This document shows positions 25,141 to 37,517 of a DNA stretch of 64,000 nt, one piece after another (positions within the stretch are counted from its first letter, which is position 1; every line of letters starts with the position of its first letter). A program made the position numbers and the translations under genes. The notes under the pieces were generated by a model. It saw only the letters and a list, made by a program, of their open reading frames with translations. It searched no databases and was not told the DNA's origin. The stretch is from Octopus sinensis. Its lineage: Eukaryota. The DNA is taken from NCBI RefSeq assembly GCF_006345805.1, contig NC_042998.1, positions 151,218,001-151,282,000 of the forward strand. Reading direction: 5' to 3'.

Positions 25141-27685
25141 TATGTTTGACTTTTGCTTTACATTTGTACAAGCTGGCTCCTAGTCTCACCCAGAGACTTC
25201 AAGAGACAACAGGTTGGAAGTTCATGTTGTTGTTATGCCTAGTGTGCCATATACTTGGTTTTGTATTTAGTGTTGTACTAGTGAATGCTTAAAAAATCCA
25301 TACATAAATTATGTTTGTTTTAAAACTTGAGATTACATAGAAAGTATTTTGTGTAGGATATGAGCAGTTCCCATGAGCACTATCTTTTGAATTTCTGCCA
25401 TTTTTGTGTTTCCTGGTATCTGAGTTAGGTAGCAATCAGCCCCTTTTGCTATCATTCCCAGGGTACCTATGACAACAGGTATTGTTTTAGTCTTCAGGTT
25501 CCACATTTTGTTGATTTCTATTTCAAGATCTTTATATTTGCTCAGTTTTTGGTAGGTCTTGACAGATACGTTTATATCGATTGGGACAGTCATATCAATG
25601 AGGAGGCATGTTCCTTGTCTGAAGTCTTTCAATATGATGTCTGGCCTATTTGCATCTATCTTTCTGTCAGTTTGAATGGTGAAGTTCCAGAGGAATGAGA
25701 TGTGGTAATTTTCAAGCACTGGAGGTGGTTTGTGTTCCCACCAGTTTTTTTCATGGGGCAAATCCAGGCTTTTGCAAATTACCCAGTGAATATATTACCT
25801 GTTGAGATACTCCGTAGACGCTAGAAGTCTGCACTCGGAGACAACATGATCAATGGTTTCGTTTTGTTGTTGACATACACGACATGTTGGGCTACTGCCG
25901 TTCTTTAATATGTTGGCCTGGTAGTTCTTTGTTGGTAGGCATTGATCTTGAGCTGCTATGATAAACCCTTCTGTTTCAGATTTAAAGCCAGAGGCCATTA
26001 GCCATTGATGGGTCAGGGCTTTGTCAACATCTGAATTATTCGCTCTCTTTGGGTATTTGCCATTGAGAGGTTTTTCTTGCCATTTATCATTCAGAATATC
26101 TAAGGCAGCAGTTTTAGCACGGGTTTTCATGCGCTTAGCTTTTTCTGTGCTTGTATCTTGGGTGTCTAATTCCGAAATTTGTTGCATTCGGAATTCACTT
26201 AGATATTCCTTTGCCTGTTTTGTTACTGAGTATGATGCTTTCTTGTTTTCATGTTTTGAGACAAGTTTTAACATCCATTCCTCAGAGTTTTTCAGGTAGG
26301 TGTCTAGGCCAATTGCAGCAATCTTCATTGTCATTGCCAGTTGTAAAAGTCCACGACCTCCCTCTTTTCTTGGCAGATAAAGTCGTTCTATATCTGCCTT
26401 AGGGTGGTGCATTCTATGCATTGTCAACAGTTTTCGTATTTTTCTGTCAAGAGTACATATTTCAGTAATTGACCAGTTAACGATATTGAAACTGTAAGTC
26501 ACGATTGGTATGGCTAAAGCATTGATCGCTTCGATCCTGTTTCTTGCAATCAGCTCTATCTTGAGTATTGCTCTTACTCTGCGATAACATTCTCTCCTGA
26601 TCCTTTTCTTCATCACTGAATGCTTTATTCCGTCCCCTTCAATTACCCCTAGGTACTTGTAGCTCTCCGCTGGGTCTAACTCTTTTATGACATTCTGCTG
26701 GTCAAGGTAAACGTTAGATGTTTCTGTCATTTTTCCTTTGATAAAGGTAGCTTTTCCTCATTTATTGAGGCCAAATTGCATTCTGATGTCATCACTGAAT
26801 TGTTTAACGATCGCTAGTAAGCCCTTGAGTTGTTGGTCAATTTTTGCAAAGAGTTTTAAATCATCCATGTAAATGAGATGATTTATATTTTTATCAAACA
26901 TTTTATATCCGTATTGCGCGTCATTGAGCAATTTCGAGAGAGGTATTAAGGCTAAACAAAAGAGGAGTGGTGATAGTTAGTCACCCTGGAAAATGCCACA
27001 TGAAATTTTTACATCACCAGCATTTAGAGATTCATTGTCACTGTTCAAAGTTAGTGTGGTTCTCCATTATCTCATACTTACAGACAAGAAGTTTCGCAGA
27101 GTAGGTGCTATTTTATACATTTCCAGGCATTTCTTAATCCAGCTATGTGGTAGGCTATCAAAAGCCTTTTTATAGTCTATCCAGGCTATTGATAAGTTTT
27201 TGTGTCGTTTGTGACAATCTTCTAAGATCATCTTATTGATGAGTAGCTGATCATAGGATCCACTCCACGTTTACATCCTTTCTGTTCATCAGGGAATATA
27301 CTGCTGTCTATTAAAAAACTATAGGTATATTCAGTCAAGACAGATGTTAGCGTTTTATACATAGTTGTTAAGCAGGTTATGGGTCTATAGTTTTTTGATT
27401 AATTTGTTTCTTCAGTTTTTGGAAGCAGGAATGTTAACCCATTAACTAGCTAGGGTGTTGCAAAACATCATTGTACAGTTCTGTTAGCAGTTCATGGTTC
27501 TCTGGGAAGGCATTCAACAAGAAGTTAGGAATTTTATCCTTTCCTGGAGACTTCCATTTGCTTGATCTCCTGAGAGCAGATCTTATATCTTCTACCTTGA
27601 CACCTTCCCACTTTTGCTCTTCTAAGGAGTCCAGCTCTGTAGATATTTTATCAATCCAGGGGGCCTTTTCGTTGTGTGTTTTTTA

Positions 27686-27688
<3 letters not shown>
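25141..27688 (-). mobile_element. R4/Dong-clade RLE non-LTR retrotransposon A, 5'-truncated, young, few frameshifts
   Basis: RT (IAWIDYKKAFDS, GIFQGD..SPLLFCL, HLIYMDDLKLFAK), CCHC finger (CRVCQQQNETIDHVVSEC), PD-(D/E)xK nuclease (RPDIILKD..LLIDMTVP..KYKDL). Both ends abut (TAA)n. Confidence 0.95.
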
Positions 27689-27720
<32 letters not shown>

Positions 27721-27723
<3 letters not shown>

Positions 27724-29761
27724 TAGTTTTATTTTAATAGCGTGCTTTCACTTCACTACCGAGCGCAGCTCTGTGTGCCTTGGGTATGTGCTGTGATTTG
27801 TTGTGATGCTCTGATGGTTATTGTATGGAAAGTGTTCTGCGTAGGATGTGTGCAGTGCCTAGTAGTGCAATTTTCTGTATGTTATATGTGTTTGTAAGTC
27901 CTGGTGTTTTTGTTATGTATTTGTCTGAATATTTTTTTATCATGCCTAATGCACCTACTATGGTAGGAATTGTTTCTGTTTTCAGATTCCACATTCTAGT
28001 TACCTCTATTTCCAGGTCTTTGTATTTTGAGAGTTTCTCCATTTCTTTTAGAGACACGTTGTCATCAGCCGGTATTGATACATCAATTAGAAAGCATTTT
28101 TTTTCTTCATGATCTCTGACAACTATATCTGGTCTGTTGGCCTTAATTTCTCTATCTGTGTGTATCGGCATATCCCAGAGTATGGTTGCTTTCTCGTTTT
28201 CTGTGACCTTTTCTGGTGTGTGCCTATACCATCTTTTTTCTGTTGTTATTCCATAATGTTGGCATAGCTTCCAATGTATGTAGGTTCCAACTCTGTCATG
28301 TCTGTGAATATATTCCTTCTTAGCCAGGACTGGGCAGCTAGAGATAATATGATTTATTGTTTCTTGTCCATCTCCACATATTCTGCAGTTACTTGTAATA
28401 TTTCTTTTCATTACATGTTTTTGGTAATTTCTGGTGGGGAGGCTTTGGTCTTGTGCTGCAATTAAAAATCCCTCAGTTTCTGCTTTGAGTCCTGAGCTTC
28501 TCAACCATTGCTGGATTTTTCTTTGATTCTTTTTCTTTGTTTAGTTTAGTGCAGTATTTACCATGAAGCGGCTTTTCTTGCCATCGTTTTATCATGGTTC
28601 GTTGCTGTTCTATTTTTAGTTTGGATTTCATTTGTTTTATAGCTTTTGTTGTTTCTTCATCATCTTCTTCTTCTTCTTCGTGTTTATTAGGTGGTATGAT
28701 TTCTTGTTTGTATTTGTCAGCTTCCTTAAATACTGAGAACAGTTTTTTGTTTTGCTCGTGTTTTGCTGCTATCTGGATCAGTTTTCCTTCCTTCTGAAGT
28801 AGATATTTTTGCAGTCCTATGGTGGTTATTTTATAGTAGTTTTCCAGCTGTATAAGGCCTCTACCACCTTCTATACGTTGTATATATAGTCTTTCTATGT
28901 CAGATTTTGGGTGATGCATCCTAGATCCTGTCAGTATTTTTCTTGTTTTCCTATCTATTTTGGTCAGTTCATTTCGTGTCCACTTGAGGATATTGTAGCT
29001 GTAACTTATAACTGGGACAGCTAAAGTGTTGATACCTATTATCTTGTTTTTAGCATTGAGCTCTGTTTTTAGTATTGGTCTAACTCGTCTATAATATTCT
29101 TTTTTTATTTTCTCTTTCATTTGTGTGTGTTGTGTCTTATCTAGTTCATGGATTCCTAAGTATTTGTAAGTTTGGCTTTGGTCTAATTCTTTTATTTCAT
29201 TGGTTTTATCTAGTGTGTGGATGTGTTACTCTTAACTAGTTTTCCTCTTTTCATGGTTACTTTGGCGCATTTTTCTAATCCAAATTTCATATCTATTTCT
29301 TTGGTAAATCCATGAACTGTCTTTAATAGTGTTTCCAGCTGTTTGTCATTTGCAGCGTATAGTTTTAGGTCATCCATATATAAAAGGTGGCTTATCGTTT
29401 TGCCGTAACATTTATATCCGCATCCAGTTCTATTTAGCATATCAGATAGAGGTGACAGTGCCAAGCAGAAAAGGAGTGGAGAGAGCGTGTCTCCCTGGAA
29501 TATTCCTCTTCTAATGGGGATGTCTTTGGTTTTCATGAGTCCCTCTTTTGTTTGGAGTTGTAGGACTGTTTGCCATTTATTCATAGAGTGCTCTATGAAT
29601 TTTATGATTGTTGGTGCTACTTTGTTAATGGCTAGTTTTTCGAGGATCCATGTGTGGGGGATGCTATCAAACGCCTTTTTGTAGTCAATCCAGGCCATAC
29701 TGAGGCCTTTCTTCTTTCTGTGGCTGTCTTCAGTTACGGCTTTATTAATCATTAGTTGATC
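27721..29761 (-). mobile_element. R4/Dong-clade RLE non-LTR retrotransposon B (distinct subfamily), 5'-truncated
   Basis: MAWIDYKKAFDS, GIFQGDTLSPLLF, HLLYMDDLKLYA; CRICGDGQETINHIISSC; RPDIVVRD..FLIDVSIP..KYKDL. Both ends abut (TAA)n. Confidence 0.95.
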
Positions 29762-29786
29762 TATTATTATTATTATTATTATTATT

Positions 29787-30333
29787 GAGTGAGAGAGCAG
29801 TTCATGCCATCACAGTGACACTGGGGTAAAATATACGAAGCCCAATATACCCATCATGACTACCCGTCTGATAAAGGTACACCAGGCAGATGCATCACAA
29901 CCATATGTGCGCGACATGGGGATCTCATATCAAGATAAACAGCACATGACCTTGCAGGTGGGGCCCAGTTAGAATTTTCTTCAGGTTGAGTAGCCCATCC
30001 CGCTCAAACGGTCCCTGAATAAGGGTTGTTTAAGGATGTTGAAAGAACCACCCATGTTTCCAGAGGTGAACTATTCAAATCCCAAAGAATCCCTCTCAAC
30101 ACATGGCTATGATGCTCCCCCACTACTTCTGCTCGTGATCAGAGATGCACATATCGTCAGCCACTAAGGGACATGCTCAACTGGTTAAGGTCAAACAACT
30201 GACAAGCAAATCTGTGGTATTGAGCAGAATATATGCTGTAGCCCATCTTTTATACCAAGACAAAACAGTACATGATAACACTTCCAATCAGTTAAGATCA
30301 GAAGCCATGAGAGCCACTGCCTGGTACTGCATC
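29787..30333. mobile_element. 547-bp non-coding interspersed element embedded in (TAA)n
   Basis: Complex sequence with sharp (ATT)n borders on both sides; no credible ORF, tRNA head or TIR seen. Confidence 0.65.
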
Positions 30334-30357
30334 TTATTATTATTATTATTATTATTA

Positions 30358-30413
<56 letters not shown>

Positions 30414-30508
30414 TAATATTATTATTATCATTATTATTATTATTATTATTATTATTGTTATTATTATTATTATTATTGTTGTTGTTGTGTTGTGTGTTGT
30501 TATTGTTG

Positions 30509-30571
<63 letters not shown>

Positions 30572-30572
<1 letters not shown>

Positions 30573-30780
30573 GCGGCGAGGTGGCAGAACGGTTAGCATG
30601 CCGGGCAAAATGCTTAACGACATTTCGTCCGACGTTCTGAGTTCAAATTCCGCCGAGGTCGACTTTGTCTTTCATCCTTTCCGGGTCGATTAGCTAAGTA
30701 CCAGTAGCGTACTAGGGTCGATCTAATCGACTAGTCCCCTTCTCCAAAATGTCGGGCCTTGTGCTTTGAGTAGGAAAGAA
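30572..30780 (+). mobile_element. tRNA-derived SINE (family 1) with Meta-like central domain and (ATT)n tail
   Basis: A-box-like ggcggcgag.tggcagaa, B-box-like gagttcaaattcc, and central gtcgactttg.ctttcatcctttc.gggtcgat..aagtaccag, which resembles the Meta/Sauria domain. Confidence 0.9.
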
Positions 30781-30841
<61 letters not shown>

Positions 30842-30842
30842 T

Positions 30843-31255
30843 CCTACCGATTTAGCAGGGTTTTGTCATGAGTCTTGGTAACAACAACTTGACTCGAATT
30901 TCAATGATCTTTCTTAGGATTCTTGCACAATACAGAATTACATTTTTCTGGAAATCAACAATGCGAGTCTCAATTGTAATATTTGTTTTATCTTTTAGGT
31001 TGTAATTTAGGTGTTGTGCCAAGTACACCCTTTTCCGCAGGAATAACTGTCTTCGACTTAGACAATTTCTTCAACTCTCTGGCTAGTTCCTGATATTTTA
31101 AAATTATTTTTCAATTACTTTGGTATCCTCTCTATCATATGGTATTACAAAGCATATAATCTGGGGTTTTTTCTATTTTTTTCCCTCTTCCTGTATGGTT
31201 TTCTTGATCCAATAGTATAATCACTCCTTGTGGAGAAATCCAATAAAATCCTGTA
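30843..31255 (-). mobile_element. Older R4/Dong-type 3' fragment C (endonuclease C-terminus)
   Basis: Minus strand gives KYQELARELKKL..KTVIP..GVLGTTPK..QKNVILYCARILRKIIEI; the 3' end runs into (TAA)n. Confidence 0.8.
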
Positions 31256-31731
31256 ATTCTTATTCTCTCTCACTACAACTTGCCACACGTGTCCATACCA
31301 CTTTTCTGTCACTGCGAATCCACAAATTTAATCGACAGTCATGGCTGCGCTTATTCTCTCTATGTGCTATCATCATCTTCAATATTATCATTATCTCGTG
31401 ACTTTATCTTTTTAAGATGGGTGAGTGTATTACAAGGGAGACTTAGCTATTATTTCTATCTGATCAAGCCACCATCTAAATAATTCGAAGTTGGCTCATT
31501 TAAATATATATTCTGTAGAATTGGTGGTGGCAGTAGCAGTATATTTCGTCACTCCTACCTATATTAGTAAATAAATATAAATAATAAAGTTAATAAAGGC
31601 ACAAAATTATAAATGCGCGAAGTACACCGGACACATTTCACAATATTGTATGGCGTGTAAACATACGTATACATGCATACATACATACTTACATGCATAC
31701 ATACATACATATATACATACATACATACATG

Positions 31732-31780
<49 letters not shown>

Positions 31781-31811
31781 TATATAATATATATATAATA
31801 TATATATATAT

Positions 31812-31849
<38 letters not shown>

Positions 31850-31859
31850 TATATAATAT

Positions 31860-32100
31860 TATATGTAGAAAAATACAAACTGGGTCAAGAACGTAAAACA
31901 TTTAGAAGACGATACAAAATACACGGACGGGACATTCGAAGCCTTCAATCTTCAGTCAAGAACCGGATCATCCTAGCAATTTCGGCTGATTAATCTTGAG
32001 ATCGCTCTGATCCGGCCAGCCCCAAGGAATAACTAAGCTACGAGCATTAGATTTCTTGGAAAAAGGATCAAATGTATACGAAACAAGGACAGAAAAACGG
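31860..32100 (-). mobile_element. (TA)n-associated repeat family C, probably a PLE terminus
   Basis: tgatccggttcttgactgaagattgaaggcttcgaatgtc recurs at 42282-42320 (+) and partly at 41682-41712 (-); each copy is next to (TA)n. Confidence 0.6.
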
Positions 32101-32184
32101 ACGATGCCACACGAATATAAAATACAAAAAACAATAATAGTGAAAACAGGACAAAAACAGCGGGTGTCTTACGACTAATAGATA

Positions 32185-32260
<76 letters not shown>

Positions 32261-32419
32261 ACATACATATATATGTATATATAAAACTTACTTGGAAAAG
32301 GATGCGTGGCATTCGATCATATAATAACATAAATAATATATAAATATATGCATTTATACATATATGTACATACCTACATATATATGTATATATACATGCA
32401 TATATGGCTACATGACATT

Positions 32420-33050
32420 AAAAAAAACGAGGGAAACGAAAACATAAACACATGAGAAACAAAGACATAACAACAAAAACATAGAAACGAACTGTTTTCA
32501 AACAACGAAAAAAACCCCCAGAGAAACGAGACATACAACATAAAGAATATTCCCCTTCTTCAGTTCTCCCTGTTTCATCTACTCTGCGTTCGAAGGTAAG
32601 GATAAGGCGCGACTTCATTGAAACAGTCCTTCCCGCAAAGCAGATTAAATACAATTTGGGATTTTTGCGTAGGGTGAAAGTGGTAACAAGAACAGGACAG
32701 TGAGAACAAAACAGTAAAAACAAACGGTGAGGGTTTTTAAGCCAAGACGATGAAAAAATTATTCTGAACGTTTAAGGAGACGAGCTTATGAAGAGACAGG
32801 ATAAGGCCGTTTAGACTTTGTGAAAGTAGTAGTCGGAAGGATGGATTCCCTCTCATCACGTGTAAACGACGAGAGAGTCTACGAGGAGGAGTAAGAGAGA
32901 GGGAACGGTGAAGGGGAGAGGAGAAGAATAGGGAAGTGTGGGAGAGAAAACCAGAAAGGATGAAGAACAAGAGAGGGAGAGCGATAGACAGAGAAGAGAT
33001 AGTAAATAAGAAGAGTACGCATCGTAATGTGGCGTTCGATCATATAATAA
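32420..33050 (-). mobile_element. (TA)n-associated repeat family D (non-coding, PLE-derived by inference)
   Basis: Colinear with 44740-45240 (gaatatt.cccttcttcagtt.tccctgtttc.tctactc.gcgtt..aaggtaagga.aag.cgcgactt). The ggatgcgtggc.ttcgatc motif also occurs near 5922, 32298, 33025 and 44579. Confidence 0.6.
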
Positions 33051-33394
33051 TATAGATATATGCATATATACATACATATATGTACATACCTAGATATATA
33101 TCTATATATATACATGCAGATATGAGCACAGGACATCAAAAAAACGTTGAACTCAATGAGAAACGAAAACATAACAGCAAAAACATCGAAACGAATTTTT
33201 TTTTAAACAACGAAAAAAAAAACAGAGAAAGGAGACAATTAAATGGAGTCGCATGAAACGATAGTACCGCTGGATATCCTTGTTGCTTATTTTGAATATA
33301 TATAAATATGTATGTATATATATATAATATATATTATATATATATTATATATATATGCATGTATATATATATATATACGTATGTATATATATTA

Positions 33395-33429
<35 letters not shown>

Positions 33430-33441
33430 TATATATATATA

Positions 33442-33483
<42 letters not shown>

Positions 33484-33501
33484 TGTGTATGTATGTATAT
33501 A

Positions 33502-33654
33502 ACAGGCTTCTTTCAGATTCAAATCCATTCGCAGGGCTTTGGTCGGCCTGAGGCTATAGTAGAAGACACTTGGCGAAGGTGCCACGCAGTGGGACTGAAT
33601 CCGGAATCAAGTAGTTTGAAAGCAAACTTCTTACCACACAGACATGCCTGCGCC
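33502..33654 (-). mobile_element. Head of the composite tRNA-SINE running into a microsatellite
   Basis: ggcgcaggcatgtctgtgtggtaag..ggattcagtcccactgcgtggcacc matches 37313-37450 and 53060-53223. Confidence 0.9.
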
Positions 33655-33899
33655 TATATATATATACATATATGTATACATACATATATATATTATATAC
33701 ATACATACATACATATATATATATATATTATATATATATACATAGAAAAAAGAGCAATTTCTTAGTCTATATAACAATCAACCAATTTATCTATCCATAT
33801 AAACATATATGCACCGTTATTCACACAAAACAAGCGCGCGCGTGACTCACGTACACATGCGCACAGACATAGACACAAACACACATTCATATAATTAGA

Positions 33900-34110
33900 C
33901 AACGACAATAACATGAAGAACGCTGGGGACAAATAACAAATAGAAAAACAAGAACAACAACATCAATAACAACAATAGCAACAACAACGATATCACCCTC
34001 AGCAGCAACAACAACAACAAATCTATAACATTAGCGGCAACAAAAACAACGGAAATCAATAGCAAATAGTAATAATGATAATAATAATAATGATGATGAT
34101 GATGGTGATG

Positions 34111-34161
<51 letters not shown>

Positions 34162-34260
34162 TAACAACAACAACAAAGGCGATAACAATAACAACAGCAA
34201 TAAGAATATAGCCAAATATAAACAGAAACGACAATGGCGCTAACAACAACAAAAATACAT
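33900..34260. repeat. Compound AAC/AAT/GAT trinucleotide tract
   Basis: Direct reading. Confidence 0.9.
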
Positions 34261-34981
34261 TATTAATGGACGCTTTCACACAAAGATGCAATTAATGTAT
34301 TTACACTAGCATTCACGCACACATACACACGCGCACACATCCTCAAACATCCACATTTACACATTCATACTTATGCATAGACACACACAGCCACAAATTT
34401 CAGTTCACACACACGCACACACAAATATAAACACACACACAAACAAACACACAAACACACAAACACACGCACTATCATGAATACATTTACAAACAGTCAT
34501 ATTTCATACACATTCATATCAATACAAACACACACGCACTCTCACAAAGACCTACACACACACTCACAGGCGTTCGGGCGGACGATTATATGCACATGCA
34601 TACATACACACTGCTACAGCAATGAATAAATACACGAAGCGTATGAAACAAAGAAGACAAAAAACACAAATAATGCACATATACTATATACATATAAACA
34701 CCCATGCAGAACCAACTACACCTAAACATAAACGCATCACACACACACACACCACACACACTCTCTCTCTCTCTCTCTCTCTCTCACACGCACTGTGAGT
34801 ATGCATTCCGAGTTGTTAAGCAAATATCTTTTATATATATTTCTTTTTCGCATACGCTCATGTTTACATGCATATGGTTGCTGGCAGACTTCTAGATCTG
34901 CATTATTATGTATGTATATATGTATGCATACATGTCTGCATTATATGTATATATGTCTGCATTATATGTATGTATGTATGT

Positions 34982-35280
34982 ATCACCGTGACCGACCAGG
35001 CTATAAGATGTTGCTACACATCGCTGGTCACAATGCGCTTCGCATTGTTTTTGCCTTCAAATGACGCCACCCCGCTGGCTAAGCGGGCAGGCCAACAGAA
35101 GAAAGAGAGAAAGTTGTGGCGAAAGAGTAGAGCAGGGATCGCCACCACCCCCTGCCGGAGCCTCGTGGAGCTTTAGGTGTTTACGCTCAATAAACACTCA
35201 CAACGCCCGGTCTGGGAATCGAAACCGCGATCCTACGACCGCGAGTCCGCTGCCCTAACCACTGGGCCATTGCGCCTCCA
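34982..35280 (-). mobile_element. tRNA-derived SINE family 3, tail type 1
   Basis: Reverse complement tggaggcgcaatggcccagtggttagggcagcggactcgcgg..ggtttcgattcccagacc contains A and B boxes. Confidence 0.92.
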
Positions 35281-35340
35281 TATATAATATATATATGTAT
35301 GTATGTGTGGTGTGGTGTGTGTGTGTGGTGTGTGTATATA

Positions 35341-35384
<44 letters not shown>

Positions 35385-35386
<2 letters not shown>

Positions 35387-35762
35387 GAGGCGCAATGGCC
35401 CAGTGGTTAGGGCAGCGGACTCGCGGTCGTAGGATCGCGGTTTCGATTCCCAGACCGGGCGTTGTGAGTGTTTATTGAGCGAAAACACCTAAAGCTCCAC
35501 GAGGCTCCGGCAGGGATGGTGGTGATCCCTGCTGTACTCTTTCACCACAACTTTCTCTTACTTCCTGTTTCTGTTGTAACTGTATTTCAAGGGGCCGGCC
35601 TTGTCACTCTCTGTGTCACGCTGAATATCCCCGTGAACTACGTTAAGGGTGCACGTGTCTGTAGAGTGCTGAGCCACTTACACGTTAATTTCACGAGCAG
35701 GCTGTTCCGTTGATCGGATCAACAGGAACCCTCGTCGTCGTAAACGACAGAGTGCTTCCTCC
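35385..35762 (+). mobile_element. tRNA-derived SINE family 3, tail type 2
   Basis: Head nearly identical to the inverted copy at 35110-35280, with a different 3' half. Confidence 0.92.
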
Positions 35763-35793
35763 TATATATATATATAGGAGGAAGCACTCCGTG

Positions 35794-35827
<34 letters not shown>

Positions 35828-35896
35828 TATATACACACACACGCACATATAGGAAGTATTTTTGTGTGAATGCATACACACACTCGTCGTTTGGTA

Positions 35897-35947
<51 letters not shown>

Positions 35948-36879
35948 TCATGTTGCATTTCAACGAGAAAGATTACAAAACCTAACTGAGGGTTAAAATA
36001 AGAAAGTAAATACATTCTTTGTTTGCTATCGATGTGTGGAAAAAAGACCGAGCGTAAGTCTCCTGACAGACCATTACACACTCTGTTTGATGCTCTTTCC
36101 TTCACCCGTCAATTATACTGGGACGCAATCATAAATTAGAGTATCCACTACAGCGCTCGCTTAAATTACAGCTAATTCACATGTTACCGAATTCATATAT
36201 ATGCTAATTTATATATATACTATTGATTGGGGAACGCAGCTTGGTATCCTCAGAGCAATGCTCAAGAAATCGCACCTGAGGAGGTTTCCACCTTCTTTTT
36301 CCACACATCAATAGCAAAAAAAAAAAAGAATCATTTACATTCTCTTTCTATCTACAGTATGATCTTGTGATATTTAGATTTATTTCATTTCTTCTGATTA
36401 TGCTGTAATGTACATAATATGCATATTAAGTTATAATGAAAAGAATTCTACATTAAACTAAAGCATAACTCAATACATTTGTAAATTAAAAACTTTTTAT
36501 CCTTTAACAAAAATTTTGTTTACAGCCACCTATAAATTTCGACCAAGCCATCATAATGTATATACACACATACATACATACATACATACATACATACATA
36601 CATACATACATACATACATACATACAACCCACCATCCCTATGTATCCCATCCCATCCCACCTCATGCCACACATTCCACTCCCACATACCCCGCCCCACC
36701 TTCACAACCCACCCCTACCCCCCTACCCTTGCTCCCCCAGTTCGCCTCCCCCAAATCCCAACAACGCCACACCACACACCACCATACCACGTTACACCAT
36801 ATCACACCACCCCGCACACACTACCACTGACCATTTCCCAGCACCCACACCATCATCCACTCACCTACACATGCACACA

Positions 36880-37197
36880 GGTACACGTTAAAGGTTACCA
36901 TCCCCCATCCACACGCACATAACGCTCTCACATACGCATGCGCACTTCCGTTTTGGGATCACCACTACTTTATTATCTCCCCTTTTTCCTCGCTCTCCTG
37001 TCTGACTCCTCTGTCCGGCATTCGCCATGATATATCGCTAGCCACTAAATCTGTTTTATTTTCTCTCTCTGTTTATTTCTGTGTTCCTTTCTACTGAAGA
37101 GTGTAGGCTTGAAACGTAAAAGACTTTCTCACTTCCCGAGCGTTAAACATCTGTTGCTTACACACCCGTCTTCGTCTTTTGTTTTTTTGTAAATTCT
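36880..37197 (+). mobile_element. PLE-terminus family A copy with degenerate hammerhead-like motif (37086-37124)
   Basis: CCTTT CTACTGA A GAGT GTAG GCTT GAAA CGT A AAAGAC; the downstream sequence matches 10840-10925. Confidence 0.75.
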
Positions 37198-37463
37198 CAC
37201 GTAGGATTGGCTTTGTGGTAAGTAGCTTGCTTACCTCTGTCGTGGATAGACGTGTTTTTTTTTGGCGGTGAGTCAAACGTTTTGTTGAACGTTGGCAAAT
37301 ATTTATGAAATAAAGTAGCTTGCTTACGAACCACATGATACCGGGTTCAGTCTCACTGCGTGGCACCTTGGGCAAGTATCTTCTACTATAGCCTCGGGCC
37401 GACCAAAGCCTTATGAGTGGATTTGATAGACGGAAACTGAAAGAAGTCCGTCGTATATATGTA

Positions 37464-37517
<54 letters not shown>

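Noticed and set aside
32540-32580. CTGAAGA in family D (also about 44865, and CTGATGA at about 45380)
   Set aside because: No GAAA follows the hairpin, and the upstream GAAAC cannot form the stems needed for a permuted HHR.
35385-35460. tRNA-like sequence
   Set aside because: It is a SINE head with body and tail, lacks a proper acceptor stem, and is multi-copy; the same applies to the other A/B-box hits.
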